From assembly GCF_047605705.1 (NCBI RefSeq), contig NZ_JASGFD010000025.1:1168-65167 (forward strand): a stretch of 64,000 bases of DNA, given 5' to 3'. The translations under genes and the position numbers were made by a program. Positions 8,476-18,700 of this stretch are shown one piece after another. The notes beneath the pieces were generated by a model. The model did no database searches and was not told where the DNA came from. It worked only from the letters and a program-made list of their open reading frames with translations. The stretch comes from Silvibacterium sp. GTDB lineage: Bacteria; Acidobacteriota; Terriglobia; Terriglobales; Acidobacteriaceae. Position 1 is the stretch's first letter. Every line of letters starts with the position of its first letter.

Positions 8476-10026
8476 TTACCACTCCTTAGCGGGCGTATCC
8501 ATCTCCACCGGCGTTGAGGCAGGCGGCGCCTGCCAGCGCAATACCGGCTTGCGGGCGGCTGTCGTCTCGTCGAGGCGCGAGATGCGCGTCGAGTGCGGAG
8601 CCGAGGTCACCAGCTCGGGGTTCTCGTCCACTTCACGGGCGATCTGGCGCATCGCATCCACAAACAGGTCGAGCTCCTCACGCGACTCGCTCTCGGTCGG
8701 CTCGATCATCAGCGCGCCGGGCACGATCAACGGGAACGACGTGGTGTACGGATGGAAGCCGTAGTCGATCAGGCGCTTCGCGATGTCGCCCGTCTTCACA
8801 CCGTTCTTCGTCTGCCGTTTGTCGCTGAAAACGACCTCGTGCATGGAAGGCGTGTTGTAGGGCAGCTCGTAAAGATCCTGCAGCTTGGCGCGGATGTAGT
8901 TCGCGTTGAGCACCGCATCCTCGGTCGTCTGGCGCAGGCCGTCGGGACCGTTCGCGAGGATGTACGCGAGCGCGCGCACAAACATGCCGAAGTTGCCGTA
9001 GGTCATGCGCACGCGGCCCACTGACTCGGGACGGTCATAGTTCCAGTGCAGCAGACCGTCGGCTCCCTGAGCGACGACAGGCGTCGGCAGGAACGGCTCG
9101 AGGATCTTCTTGCAGGCCACCGGACCCGAGCCCGGACCACCACCGCCGTGCGGTGTCGAGAAGGTCTTGTGCAGGTTCAGGTGCATCACGTCCACGCCGA
9201 AGTCGCCCGGCCGCGTCTTGCCGACCAGCGCGTTCATGTTCGCGCCGTCCATGTAGAGCAGCGCGCCCTTATCGTGCAGCACGTCGGCGATGCGGTGAAT
9301 CTCGTTTTCGAAGACGCCGATGGTCGAGGGGTTGGTCAGCATCAGCGCCGCCGTGTCCTCATTCACCATCTGCGCGAGCGCGGCCACGTCCACGCCACCC
9401 TGCGCGTTCGACTTCAGGTTCACGACCTGGTAGCCGCAGCTCGCTGCAGTCGCGGGATTGGTGCCGTGCGCCGAGTCGGGGATGATGACATGCTTACGCG
9501 CATTGCCCTTCGACTGGTGGTACGCGCGAGCCAGCAGGATGCCGGTGAACTCACCATGCGCGCCGGCCGCAGGCTGCAGCGTGATCGCGTCCATGCCGCA
9601 GATCTCGATGAGGCAATCCTGCAGCAGCTTCACGATGCCGAGCGCGCCCTGCGAGAGGATCTCCGGCTGGTAGGGATGCGCCTCGGCGATGCCCTCGAGC
9701 CGCGAGACGAACTCGTTCACGCGCGGGTTGTACTTCATCGTGCAGCTGCCCAGCGGATACATGCCCAGGTCAATCGCGTAGTTCCACGTCGAGAGGCGCG
9801 TGAAGTGGCGGATGATCTCGATCTCGCTCAGCTCCGGCATCACGGCGATCTCGTCACGCACCGCGCCGCCCAGCAGCGCAGCCGCGTCGACTTCCGGCAC
9901 ATCGAGAGGCGCGAGCTTGTAGCCCTTCTTGCCAGGCGCCGACTTCTCGAAGCTCAGGTTTTCGTTCTGCGTCAGGTGCGCCGTGACCTTGCGCGGCGTG
10001 CCGACAAACTTGTCTGTAGTAGCCAT
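8476..10026 (-). CDS. gcvPB: glycine dehydrogenase (aminomethyl-transferring) subunit 2
   Basis: 516 aa. HLNLHKTFSTPHGGGGPGSGP PLP-lysine region is typical of GcvPB. Confidence 0.95.
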   Translation of the reverse strand: MATTDKFVGTPRKVTAHLTQNENLSFEKSAPGKKGYKLAPLDVPEVDAAALLGGAVRDEIAVMPELSEIEIIRHFTRLSTWNYAIDLGMYPLGSCTMKYNPRVNEFVSRLEGIAEAHPYQPEILSQGALGIVKLLQDCLIEICGMDAITLQPAAGAHGEFTGILLARAYHQSKGNARKHVIIPDSAHGTNPATAASCGYQVVNLKSNAQGGVDVAALAQMVNEDTAALMLTNPSTIGVFENEIHRIADVLHDKGALLYMDGANMNALVGKTRPGDFGVDVMHLNLHKTFSTPHGGGGPGSGPVACKKILEPFLPTPVVAQGADGLLHWNYDRPESVGRVRMTYGNFGMFVRALAYILANGPDGLRQTTEDAVLNANYIRAKLQDLYELPYNTPSMHEVVFSDKRQTKNGVKTGDIAKRLIDYGFHPYTTSFPLIVPGALMIEPTESESREELDLFVDAMRQIAREVDENPELVTSAPHSTRISRLDETTAARKPVLRWQAPPASTPVEMDTPAKEW

Positions 10027-10056
10027 GTGTTCCTCGAATCTCTATCCCACTGTTCC

Positions 10057-10094
10057 GGGTGCCCCACATCTCGTGAAGTTTGAGATGTGGGAAG
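10057..10094. repeat. R2 palindromic element (cccacatctc-N9-gagatgtggg)
   Basis: 10-bp perfect stem at 10063-10072 / 10082-10091. Flanks gggtgcccca..tgggaagg are shared with the next element. The same hairpin core recurs at 57158-57193. Confidence 0.8.
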
Positions 10095-10111
10095 GTAGAA
10101 ACCTAAACTCT

Positions 10112-10152
10112 GGGTGCCCCATTCAAGCCTGATTTCGGCTTGAGTGGGAAGG
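10112..10152. repeat. R1 palindromic element (cccattcaagcc-N7-ggcttgagtggg)
   Basis: 12-bp stem at 10118-10129 / 10137-10148 with one wobble position. Related copies at 1709, 13453, 23314 and 27146. Confidence 0.8.
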
Positions 10153-10169
10153 CACGAACCTAACCCGAA

Positions 10170-11510
10170 CTAACCTTGGATCGCTTCCGCGGCTGCTTCA
10201 ATCTGCTCGCGCGTGGTCAGCTCGGTGGCGCACCACAGCGTGGCATTGCCCAGCTCGGGATACCACTTCTTCAGACTGAGTCCGCCGATGATCTTCTTGT
10301 CGAGCAGCCGTGCATTGAGAGCCTCTGCGGTCTCGTCCGTCTGCAGCACGAACTCATGGAAGCGCGGCGTGTTCGCGAAGAGCAGCTTGCCCTGCTTGCC
10401 GATCGTCTCCGCAGCGAAGCTGCCCTTGGCCAGGTTCTGCAGCGCGAGATCGCGCATGCCCTGCTTGCCGTAGACGGTGAGGAAGATCGTCGCCATCAGC
10501 GCGACCAGCGCCTGGTTGGTGCAGATGTTCGAGGTCGCCTTCTCGCGGCGGATATGCTGCTCGCGCGTCGAGAGCGTCAGCACGAAGCCGCGGCGGCCTT
10601 CTGTGTCCTTGGTCTCGCCCACAAGGCGGCCGGGCATCTGGCGCAGGTACTTTTCCTTCGCCGCCAGCACGCCGCAGTAGGGGCCGCCGTAGCTCAGCGC
10701 CACACCGAAGCTCTGCGCTTCGATCGAGACGATGTCGGCCTCGACCGGAGGACGCATGATGCCGAGCGAAACGGCCTCGGCGATCGAGACGATCAGCAGT
10801 GCGCCCTTCTTGTGCGCGATGTCCGCAATGGCCGGGATATCTTCCGCAATGCCGAAGAAGTTCGGCGACTGCACCAGCACGCACGCGGTCTGGTCGGTAA
10901 CGGCCTGCTCCAGCGCTTCGAGATCGACGCGGCCAGCCTTGGCATGGCCCTCGGGATAGTACGTAACCTCGCTCGCATCGTGGCCCTGGTGCTGCGCGTA
11001 GGTGTGCATCACCTCGCGATACTCGGGATGCACGGTCTTCGCCACCAGCACGCCATCGCGGCCGGTGATGCGGACGGCCATCATCACGGCTTCCGCCGCG
11101 CCGGTCGAGCCGTCGTACATCGAGGCGTTGGCGATGTCCATGCCCGTCAGCTCACAGATCATCGTCTGGAACTCGAAGATGGCCTGCAGCGTGCCCTGCG
11201 TGATCTCCGCCTGGTAGGGCGTGTAGGAAGTGAGGAACTCGCCGCGCTGCACGAGCGAGTCGATGACCACCGGGCGATAGTGGCGGTACGCGCCTGCGCC
11301 AAGGAAGCTCGTGTAGCCGTTGGCGCTCTTCGCCGATGCGGCCTTGAAGTGATCGATAATCTCGGACTCGCCGAACTGGCGCGGGATGGAGAGATCGCGC
11401 GTGAAGCGGTACTCCTCAGGGATGACGGCAAAGAGCTCGTCGATCGAGGAGGCGCCGATCTCGCGCAGCATGTCTACGCGCTCGGCATCGGACTTGGGAA
11501 GATAACGCAT
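10170..11510 (-). CDS. gcvPA: glycine dehydrogenase (aminomethyl-transferring) subunit 1
   Basis: 446 aa. N-terminus [19 protein letters not shown] and [30 protein letters not shown] are typical of GcvPA. Confidence 0.95.
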   Translation of the reverse strand: MRYLPKSDAERVDMLREIGASSIDELFAVIPEEYRFTRDLSIPRQFGESEIIDHFKAASAKSANGYTSFLGAGAYRHYRPVVIDSLVQRGEFLTSYTPYQAEITQGTLQAIFEFQTMICELTGMDIANASMYDGSTGAAEAVMMAVRITGRDGVLVAKTVHPEYREVMHTYAQHQGHDASEVTYYPEGHAKAGRVDLEALEQAVTDQTACVLVQSPNFFGIAEDIPAIADIAHKKGALLIVSIAEAVSLGIMRPPVEADIVSIEAQSFGVALSYGGPYCGVLAAKEKYLRQMPGRLVGETKDTEGRRGFVLTLSTREQHIRREKATSNICTNQALVALMATIFLTVYGKQGMRDLALQNLAKGSFAAETIGKQGKLLFANTPRFHEFVLQTDETAEALNARLLDKKIIGGLSLKKWYPELGNATLWCATELTTREQIEAAAEAIQG

Positions 11511-11574
11511 CGGACTTCCTTTAAAAAGCGGTGAGCTTCAAACAAAATTCGTAACAGATACGACTACAAAATCC

Positions 11575-11641
11575 CTGCGCCGCGCTTTCCGCGCAGACGC
11601 AGCAATGCCCGTAGCCGCGCGCCTTGCACGCAGCTACGGGC
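11575..11641 (-). other. two intercistronic stem-loops between gcvH and gcvPA
   Basis: Hairpins ctgcgccgcg..cgcgcag (11575-11596) and gcccgtagc-N17-gctacgggc (11607-11641), read directly. Function unknown (attenuation or mRNA processing). Confidence 0.4.
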
Positions 11642-11648
11642 AGATAGG

Positions 11649-12038
11649 CTACTTGCCGGTCTCTTCGGCGATGAACGCCTCGTACTGGGCGGCCGAGAGC
11701 AGGCTGTCGAGTTCCGCAGGGTCGCTCAGCTCAACCTTGATGATCCAGGCGGTGTGCGCCTCGGTGTTGATCTTCTCGGGCGAGTCATGCAGTTCGGCGT
11801 TGACCTCGGTCACCGTGCCGCTGACCGGCGAGAAGAGATCGCTGACGGCCTTGACCGACTCGACGCTGCCAAAGACCGCGTCCTTCTCGACCTTGGTGTC
11901 CACCTTCGGCGCGTCGACGAAGACGATGTCGCCGAGCGTGTTCTGCGCGTAGTCGGTGATGCCTACGGTGCCGATGTTGCCGGCAACCTCGATCCACTCA
12001 TGTTCCTTGGTGTACTTGTACGTTGCGGGATAAGCCAT
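11649..12038 (-). CDS. gcvH: glycine cleavage system protein H
   Basis: 129 aa. Lipoyl-lysine motif SVESVKAVSDLFSPVSG. Confidence 0.95.
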   Translation of the reverse strand: MAYPATYKYTKEHEWIEVAGNIGTVGITDYAQNTLGDIVFVDAPKVDTKVEKDAVFGSVESVKAVSDLFSPVSGTVTEVNAELHDSPEKINTEAHTAWIIKVELSDPAELDSLLSAAQYEAFIAEETGK

Positions 12039-12202
12039 GCGAACAATCTCTCCGTGAAATTTCGTCTGTGGTGCCGTATAGGGTGCGTATCTTGTTGGGG
12101 TCCGTGCGATGGAACCGGACAGGGTGGAATCGCTACCTCGGCAACGCGCGGACCTGAAATCCGCCTCGTGCCTCCGGTATAAAAGTCTAAAACCTGACTC
12201 TT

Positions 12203-13342
12203 TTATGCCTGCTTCTTCGGCCGGCGATAAAACGGTGTCGGCACGATGCGCGCCTTCACCGCATTCCCGCGGATTTCGACGGCAACCTCGCCATCCACCT
12301 GCGCCACCTCTACCGGCACATACGCGAGCGCGATGTTCTTCTTGAGGAATGGCGAAGGCGAGCCGCTGGTGACTTCGCCGATCTTTACGCCGTTTGCGTC
12401 GAGCACCGGATAGCCGTCGCGGGCGATGCCGCGCTCGATCATCTCGAGGCCGACGAGCTTGCGTTGCGGACCACCATCGGCGGTGATCTTCTCAAGCGCT
12501 TCAGAGCCGACGAACGGCCCCTTCTCGAGCTTCGCATAGCGGCCAAGGCCAGCTTCGAAAACGTTGATCGTCTCGGAGATCTCATGGCCGTAGAGCGCCA
12601 TCGCCGATTCCAGGCGCAGCGTGTTGCGCGCGCCCAGGCCGCAAGGGATGATGCCGAACTCCTTGCCCGCCTCGAGCACCTCGTTCCATACGCGCTCGCT
12701 GGTGGCCTCGTCGGAAGGCACATAGATCTCGAAGCCATCTTCACCGGTGTAGCCGGTACGCGCGATCAGCGTGTTGTGCAGGCCGCAGACCGTGCCCCAT
12801 GTGAACCAGTAGTTTTTGATCGTGCTCAGGTCCACATTGGTCAGCTTGGCCAGCGTCTCGGCCGCGCGCGGGCCCTGGATGGCCAGCTGCGTGTAGTAAT
12901 CGCTGTAGTCGCTCACGTGGCAGTGGTGGAACTTCTGCGACTGGGTGCGAATCCACTGGTAGTCCTTCTCACGCGTGCCGGCGTTGATCACGATGAGGTA
13001 GTCGTTTTCGCCCAGCTTGTGCACGATGACGTCGTCCACGAAGGTGCCATTCGGATAGAGCATGGCCGAGTACTGCGCCTGGCCCACCTGCAGCTTCGAG
13101 GCATCGTTCATCGAGAAATTCTGCACAGCGGCCAGCGAATCGGGACCGCGCAGCTGGATGTCGCCCATGTGGCTCACGTCGAAGAGGCCGACACCGGTGC
13201 GCACGGCCATGTGCTCGGCGATCAGGCCCGAGTACTCGACCGGCATATCCCAGCCGCCGAAATCGACCATCTTCGCGCCCGAACGGCGATGCATAGCGTT
13301 AAGCGCAGTTTTACGAAGGGCGGCAGGTGCGGAGGTAGCCAC
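12203..13342 (-). CDS. gcvT: glycine cleavage system aminomethyltransferase T
   Basis: ..LRKTALNAMHRRSGAKMVDFGGWDMPVEYSGLIAEHMAVRTGVGLFDVSHMG. Start set at GTG 13342 (AGGA 9 nt upstream), giving 379 aa. The track extension to 13516 runs through a repeat element. Confidence 0.9.
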   Translation of the reverse strand: MATSAPAALRKTALNAMHRRSGAKMVDFGGWDMPVEYSGLIAEHMAVRTGVGLFDVSHMGDIQLRGPDSLAAVQNFSMNDASKLQVGQAQYSAMLYPNGTFVDDVIVHKLGENDYLIVINAGTREKDYQWIRTQSQKFHHCHVSDYSDYYTQLAIQGPRAAETLAKLTNVDLSTIKNYWFTWGTVCGLHNTLIARTGYTGEDGFEIYVPSDEATSERVWNEVLEAGKEFGIIPCGLGARNTLRLESAMALYGHEISETINVFEAGLGRYAKLEKGPFVGSEALEKITADGGPQRKLVGLEMIERGIARDGYPVLDANGVKIGEVTSGSPSPFLKKNIALAYVPVEVAQVDGEVAVEIRGNAVKARIVPTPFYRRPKKQA

Positions 13343-13452
13343 GGCGGGGAATCCTTTAGAGAAATATCTCGAACCTTTTAAAGTATCACCTACTGCTTCG
13401 CATGGCGCTCCCGTTGGCGCGATCCCAGTTTTATGCAGTGGAGACGAAAAGG

Positions 13453-13484
13453 GGGGCGTCCCGTCCAAGCTCCGACTAGGCGGG
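13453..13484. repeat. degenerate R1 copy inside the gcvT leader
   Basis: gcgtcccgtccaagc-tcc-gactaggcggg. The first arm matches the R1 variants at 23314 and 27146. The second arm is decayed. Confidence 0.45.
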
Positions 13485-13587
13485 AGATACCGACCTCCAG
13501 GTTCTCTAGCAGGCATGCATGCCCGTGCCGAGGAGAACCTTCAGCGCTGATGGGGATGTCTACCGCGGTACGGAACCCGGACGCAGA

Positions 13588-13616
13588 AATGCGCGCCGGA
13601 ATACCCGGCGCGCATT
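13588..13616 (-). terminator. hairpin terminator after the outer-membrane protein gene
   Basis: 12-bp perfect stem aatgcgcgccgg / ccggcgcgcatt with loop aatac. Only a weak T tract (TTCTG) follows on the minus strand. Confidence 0.6.
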
Positions 13617-13639
13617 CAAGCTAAACCTTACAGGAGAAG

Positions 13640-14413
13640 CTACTTGAGGCCGCGGCGCCAGCGGTAGACGACACCGACCGAAAGCGCGAACTGCTCTTTC
13701 AGGTTGCCTTCGCCGGCCGAGTTCTGGAAGTGCGTCAGCGTGGCGTCCGGCGAGATGCGGAAGACCCAGCGCGACGAGCGGTTCAGATCGATGGAGCCAC
13801 CGATCGCGCTCGCAAACGTGGTCTGGTTATTGAACAGGCCCAGGACTTCGGGATCGATCTGCGTACCGTTGTCCAGGTGCGTCGCGCCGTTGAAGTAGCC
13901 GTACGCGCCGCCGACCAGGGCGTGGAAGGTCATCGAGACGTGCTCGTTACTGGGACCGCGGTATTCCGGGCCGGCCAGGAACATATGCTCGCTGACGAAG
14001 GGTCCCTTGATGTCATAGACGTTCGGCTCGACGCCGCTGGTGCCGTAGTAGCCGCGGACGTTGCCCATCACGCCCCAGCGGCGGGTAAAGAAGCGCGTGG
14101 CCTGCGCATCGAAACCGCCCAGATTGGCGCCCTGCGTCAACTGCGGACCGGCGTCGAAATGCGAATAGGCCAGACCGCCATAAAACTCCCACTTGTAGTC
14201 GTAATGGACGTTGGCCAACGTGTCATTCGCAGCCAGAACCGGCTGCTGATACTGTGCCTGCGCGTACCTGGACCCGCCCAGCAGAGTTACAACCACGACC
14301 GCGATCACTGCAAAAAACTTCTTCGTTCCTTCAGTCAACAAGACTGTCCTCCAAAATCGTCTGGGCAGACTACCGGGCCGGGCCGCAATTGCCTGCAAAT
14401 TATCACGATACAT
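13640..14413 (-). CDS. outer-membrane beta-barrel protein (OmpA-like barrel / porin family)
   Basis: Signal-like KKFFAVIAVVVVTLLGGSRYAQAQ followed by alternating aromatic/Gly beta-strand patterns (FYGGLAYSHF, VMGNVRGYYG, LVGGAYGYF, FALSVGVVYRW). The real start is probably internal (about 14338, TTG). Confidence 0.6.
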   Translation of the reverse strand: MYRDNLQAIAARPGSLPRRFWRTVLLTEGTKKFFAVIAVVVVTLLGGSRYAQAQYQQPVLAANDTLANVHYDYKWEFYGGLAYSHFDAGPQLTQGANLGGFDAQATRFFTRRWGVMGNVRGYYGTSGVEPNVYDIKGPFVSEHMFLAGPEYRGPSNEHVSMTFHALVGGAYGYFNGATHLDNGTQIDPEVLGLFNNQTTFASAIGGSIDLNRSSRWVFRISPDATLTHFQNSAGEGNLKEQFALSVGVVYRWRRGLK

Positions 14414-14608
14414 GGCCGGGGCAGCCCTCGTCGCCCCTTCCTATAAGCGTTCTGCTGTGTGACGGGTGAAACCCGGTTCCGTTTCGTAAAATACGGCCTT
14501 TCGCACAAGGAAACCGGACGAAGCGCCCCTGTGCGACAATATTGGCAGCGAGTTGACCCTCGCAGTCCGGCAGGGCCGAGACCTGTCGTGTTTCCGGGAG
14601 ACATCACC

Positions 14609-14812
14609 ATGCTCGACAATCTGTTCACGCCCACCCACCTGATCATCATCCTGGTCATCGCCCTGCTCATCTTCGGGCCGCGCAAGCTTCCCGAGCTCGG
14701 CAAGGGCCTGGGCGAAGGGCTGAAGGGCTTCAAGGACGGCATCAAGGGCAACCCCGACGCCGCCAAGCAGGACAACGTCGCCAAGACCGAAGCCACCCCG
14801 CAGGCCAAGTAA
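14609..14812 (+). CDS. tatA: twin-arginine translocase TatA/TatE family subunit
   Basis: [42 protein letters not shown]. Track ORF trimmed to ATG 14609 (GGGAGA 8 nt upstream). Confidence 0.9.
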   Translation: MLDNLFTPTHLIIILVIALLIFGPRKLPELGKGLGEGLKGFKDGIKGNPDAAKQDNVAKTEATPQAK

Positions 14813-14891
14813 GCCCGGCCGCAGTGCCGCTTCGCGACAGGCCTCTCAGCCTGCCTGTTCGGTCAGGCGTGCAGGAATAAGCTCATCCGGT

Positions 14892-14937
14892 GAAAGCCCG
14901 GGCCCACGCAAGGTGGCCCGGGCTTTCCTGTCTTTAT
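14892..14937 (+). terminator. rho-independent terminator after tatA
   Basis: 13-bp perfect stem gaaagcccgggcc / ggcccgggctttc followed by ctgtcTTTatc. Confidence 0.7.
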
Positions 14938-14964
14938 CAACCGCCGGTTCCTGACAACCGCAGC

Positions 14965-15717
14965 TTACGGCGCGGAAATTACTCCCATCAAACAATTCCC
15001 ATCCTTCGTCTTCGGCTGAAAACGTCCGTTGGAAGACCCTGCTGCGCCAAGCGGAGTTTGCAAGACCCAGTCCAGTCCCACGAGCCGGGCCATCGCATCT
15101 GCGGCGCGCCGCTCGTGCTGCAACGTTGGGATATAAGGCACTTCAGAGGTCAGATAGAGGCTGACAACTCCGTCAACAGGAGTAAAAGCCGGGTTGAAGC
15201 AAGCTCCGTGAAATTTCGCACCGGTGACCTGCTTGTAGATCAGCACCTGATCGAGAGCGACCGATGCGGGAATCAACCCCACATCCTGCCCAGTGAACGA
15301 TGCGGAAGCATTCGCGACGAACTGATCGCACACCCACTCTTCGGGCGGCGCAGGCAAAGTAAAAGCAATATCCCAGCCACCCATGATCGGGCGATTCGCA
15401 GAAAGCCAGGGCGTATTCGCAGAAATGCTCGTCTTCAAATCACCGAGGGTCAGAGGCGCGGGCGTATAGCCGCTGGCGTATTGCGGATCGATGCAGTGCC
15501 AGTAGCTTTCCAACATATAGGTCGAACCGCTGTTGATGGTTGCTGCGTTTGTGTGACCGCAAACCGGCGCATAGACATCGACGCCGGTGATCTTCGCACC
15601 CGCATCGGAAGAGTTGGATTCGGTCTTCACCGAGAAAATAAAAGCCCCTTCGAAATGCAGATGCAATTCAAAGGGGGTTGAGGGAGTGGAAGCCTGCGAA
15701 CTCACTTGCTCAGTCAT
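14965..15717 (-). CDS. orphan 250-aa protein, third gene of the sigma/anti-sigma-CHAT module
   Basis: ATG 15717 overlaps the upstream stop as ATGA (15714-15717). Balanced composition, no signal peptide or TM segment, 7 Cys. The antisense ORF 14890-15681 is Arg-rich junk. Confidence 0.7.
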   Translation of the reverse strand: MTEQVSSQASTPSTPFELHLHFEGAFIFSVKTESNSSDAGAKITGVDVYAPVCGHTNAATINSGSTYMLESYWHCIDPQYASGYTPAPLTLGDLKTSISANTPWLSANRPIMGGWDIAFTLPAPPEEWVCDQFVANASASFTGQDVGLIPASVALDQVLIYKQVTGAKFHGACFNPAFTPVDGVVSLYLTSEVPYIPTLQHERRAADAMARLVGLDWVLQTPLGAAGSSNGRFQPKTKDGNCLMGVISAP

Positions 15718-18700
15718 CGAAACAGCTCCTTAAGGTTTTCCCTGCTCATGCCAAAGACGGAATAAGAGGCCCAGAAGTACGGATGGTGATATCCGGACTG
15801 TGCACTCAACTCCCGCTCAGACTCCATCAATGCGGTGGAAACACTCTTCCCTGCCGCCAACTCTCCATAAAACGCCTTCATCAACGGCACGGAAGCCGCA
15901 GAGTCCACAGCCCAGTGTGCGGCCACAGTCTGCTTTACGCCGTCAGCGGACAGGGTCTGCTCGATATCCGCTGCGCCGCCGACATCGCGATCTTCTCTGC
16001 TTCCGGTGGCGCAGGCAGAGAGCACAAACAGGCGGCATGCGGCGAGCGCGTGCGGCGGAATATTGCGCACATCGAGCTCCCCGGCCGTATCGTGCCTCTC
16101 TGCTGCCAGCATCAGTTTCGTCGCACTGTCCTTTACGGCGGCGTGTCCGGCAAAGTGCACCATGACAGATCCTGAAAGAGCCTGCTCCATGGCCTCCGGC
16201 GTCGCTCCGCGTCCAGTCAGAACCGTGGCTCCAGGCAGTGTCGCAGCCACAGCCACGGCCTCCGTCCTAGCCTCGGGCAGTCTCGCCAGATTCTCGCGCG
16301 CGGGCATCGAGGCACCGATAACCAGACTCTTCTCCCCCTCGGTGGCCCGGGACACGCCGGAACCGGCGAGAAGCGCGCGGACCTCTTCGACTGGCATCTC
16401 CAGTCCGAGGTAGCTGCCACGCCAGGGCAAAGCATTCACCGGCAGATAGTCCATGCTGTCATCGAGATCGAAAACGACCTCGTGCGCTTTCGCCAGATCG
16501 TCAACGAAAGGCCCAAACAAATGCGTAGCCAGAGAGGCTCCCAGCTCATGGATACCGCTCTCGGCGCTGGTCGGCGAGGCGACTGTATCCGCGAACGCAT
16601 GGCAAAGCAGGTCGAAGCGCGCTGAATCCAGTTCTACTTCCTGAAAGCGAACGCCGTCACTGTCCATCTTCCATAGCAAAAGAGAGCGATCCAGGCGTAT
16701 CGCGCCCAGGACAATCCCTGCGCCAAGACGTTTACGAATATTCTCCAGGGCTGGAACAAGGCAGGCAATACCAGGATCCTGTCCACACCATGGCCGCATA
16801 TCCGGAGCTACCGACAACAGCCGATAACGCTCCCAGGCAGCAAGTGCCTCCATGGCCGGCCGCCCCTCGTGAAGCTCCAGCTGCACCATGGAGGCATAGA
16901 CCGGACGGACACGTTCAACCCAGTCCTCCCGCTCCTGCCTGCTGGTCGCAGCCTTAGCGCCCTCTTCCGCTAGAGCCAAGGCACGACTGAGATTCCTGGC
17001 AGCATCCTGCTCATGATGCTCTACGAGATCGAGCTTGCCCTGAACCAGGGCATAACGCAGCTCGACATCCCGGTTACCAGCCAGATCGGCCCCCTTGCCA
17101 GCACTCGCCACAACTTGCTCAGCGTCGAGCATATCGCCGGAGGCAAGATAAGCGTCAGCCATCATGCTGCTCATGTTCACGTTCGAGCGCACGACCTTAT
17201 CGTGGTCCTGCCCGGAGCTGAAAAATGCCACTCCCCGTCGCCAGTCTTCCTTGCTGGCGGCGAGCTCTCCATCTCGAACCTCCGCCTTTGCCAGCAGTAG
17301 CTGATTCGCCGCAAGCACCTCGGGCAAATCCATCGGGACTAGCATCCGGGTTGCTTCGCGATGCAGCAAAGCTGCGCCATACACCCGATCCGACGCCCCT
17401 TCGGCGTAGACCATGTTCCCGTAAAACTGCAGCTTGCGTATGGCCGGATAATCTCCGTTCCAGTAGGTCCGCAGGCCCTCCAGGCTCATCTTCCAGGCCT
17501 GCGCGCGGTTCCCCTGCGATTCTTCGTTGCTGGCGAGAAAGCCGAGTGCCCGCAGATGCACGATGCCGTAGCCGGCCTCATCGGAGATATGCAGGGAGCG
17601 TGTCAGGCTCGCATTTACCGTGGCAAAGTCATTCTGCTGCAGGTGGCAGGAAGACTCATCGGCCCAGAACTGCGCGGCCATCCACGGGTAAGGCCGGCCC
17701 GTGGAGACACCCGTCAGCGTCGCCGCTTCCTTGAGGCAGTTGCGGTCATCGAGCAGGTGTTCATCGTCGAAGACCACTTCGAGGCCGGCCCGCAGCGCCC
17801 CGGCCTGGTCTCCTAGCGTCGTGAAACTGCGCTGCGCCTCCGAAGCGCCATGCAGGGCCTCGGAAAAGAGCGTGTGCGTCCCATCGGTCATCGCCGTGCC
17901 CAGCAGCCCAGCGGCAGCGGGAAAGCCCGGCTTATTCGAAGCAGCCAGAAGATCGATCAGCCAGCGGTCGTGGTGCCGCGACTCCAGCGAGGCGGCTATG
18001 GCGGACAGCAGCGACCGCGCCGCGCTACAGCCTGCATCGCAGTTTTCTGTGGATTCGGATGTCGGGGGAGAGATCGGGAAAGCGGCTTGCAGCAGGTGCG
18101 GGAGATGCGTCGTGGAAAGCTCTTCGTCGTGCGCGGCAAGCAGGTCCGGACTTCGCGCCAGGTGCAGCATCCCTTCCGGCGTGGCCATGTAGGGCGCAAG
18201 CTCCGACTGCTTCGCATTCTCTCGCGCCAGCCTCGCGGTCACCGCATCGAGATGGCGCTGTCCGTCGGCGTGCCATTCCGGATCGCGCTCGACAGCGAGG
18301 TATTTCTTCCAGGCATCCACCGCGGCGAGGTATTGATAGACCTGCTCAAGGAGCAGCCCCTCGTTGTAGAGCACCACGGGATCGTTCGGCGCCAGCTTCG
18401 CCGCGTGCTCGATCGCATCCAGCGCGGCGGCGCGATCGGTCGAGGTATCGGTTGCCACGGCACGCTCCTGATACGCCGTAGCCAGATCCGTAAGCACCGC
18501 GACATCGTCCGAACTCTGCACCTCGAGGCGGCGCAACGTGTCGATGGCCGAATCGTAGTTCTCGTTCAGCAGATCGGCGCGCGCTTCCAGCAGCAGCCAC
18601 TTCGGATCTTCCGGCGACTTCATCAGGGCCTGCGTAATCGCCGCCCGTGCTTCCAGCAGCGGCACGGCCTCGTGCCCCGCTTCGCCTGCGCCTCGGGTGC

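Noticed and set aside
10176-11534. Long antisense ORFs in the track, such as 10176-11534(+), 17850-19466(+), 38870-41017(+), 44683-46584(+), 48933-51011(+), 51170-52408(+), 53336-54652(-), 57001-58527(+) and 27156-28448(-).
   Set aside because: Each lies wholly opposite a gene with clear family motifs. They are Arg/Ala/His/Gly-rich with no motifs, and they are the expected stop-poor mirror frames of a high-GC genome.
13343-13516. 58-codon N-terminal extension of gcvT.
   Set aside because: The extension translates a dispersed repeat (..PSRSLDGTPPFSS..). GcvT homology starts near ALRKTALNAMHRRSGAKMVDF, so GTG 13342 with an upstream AGGA fits better.
14890-15681. 263-aa plus-strand ORF opposite the 250-aa orphan gene.
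   Set aside because: The composition is Arg-rich junk (..RRGNYSHQTIPILRLRLKTS..RRRQSKSNIPATHDRAIRRKPGRIRRNARL..). The minus-strand ORF has a balanced composition and an ATGA junction with the CHAT gene.
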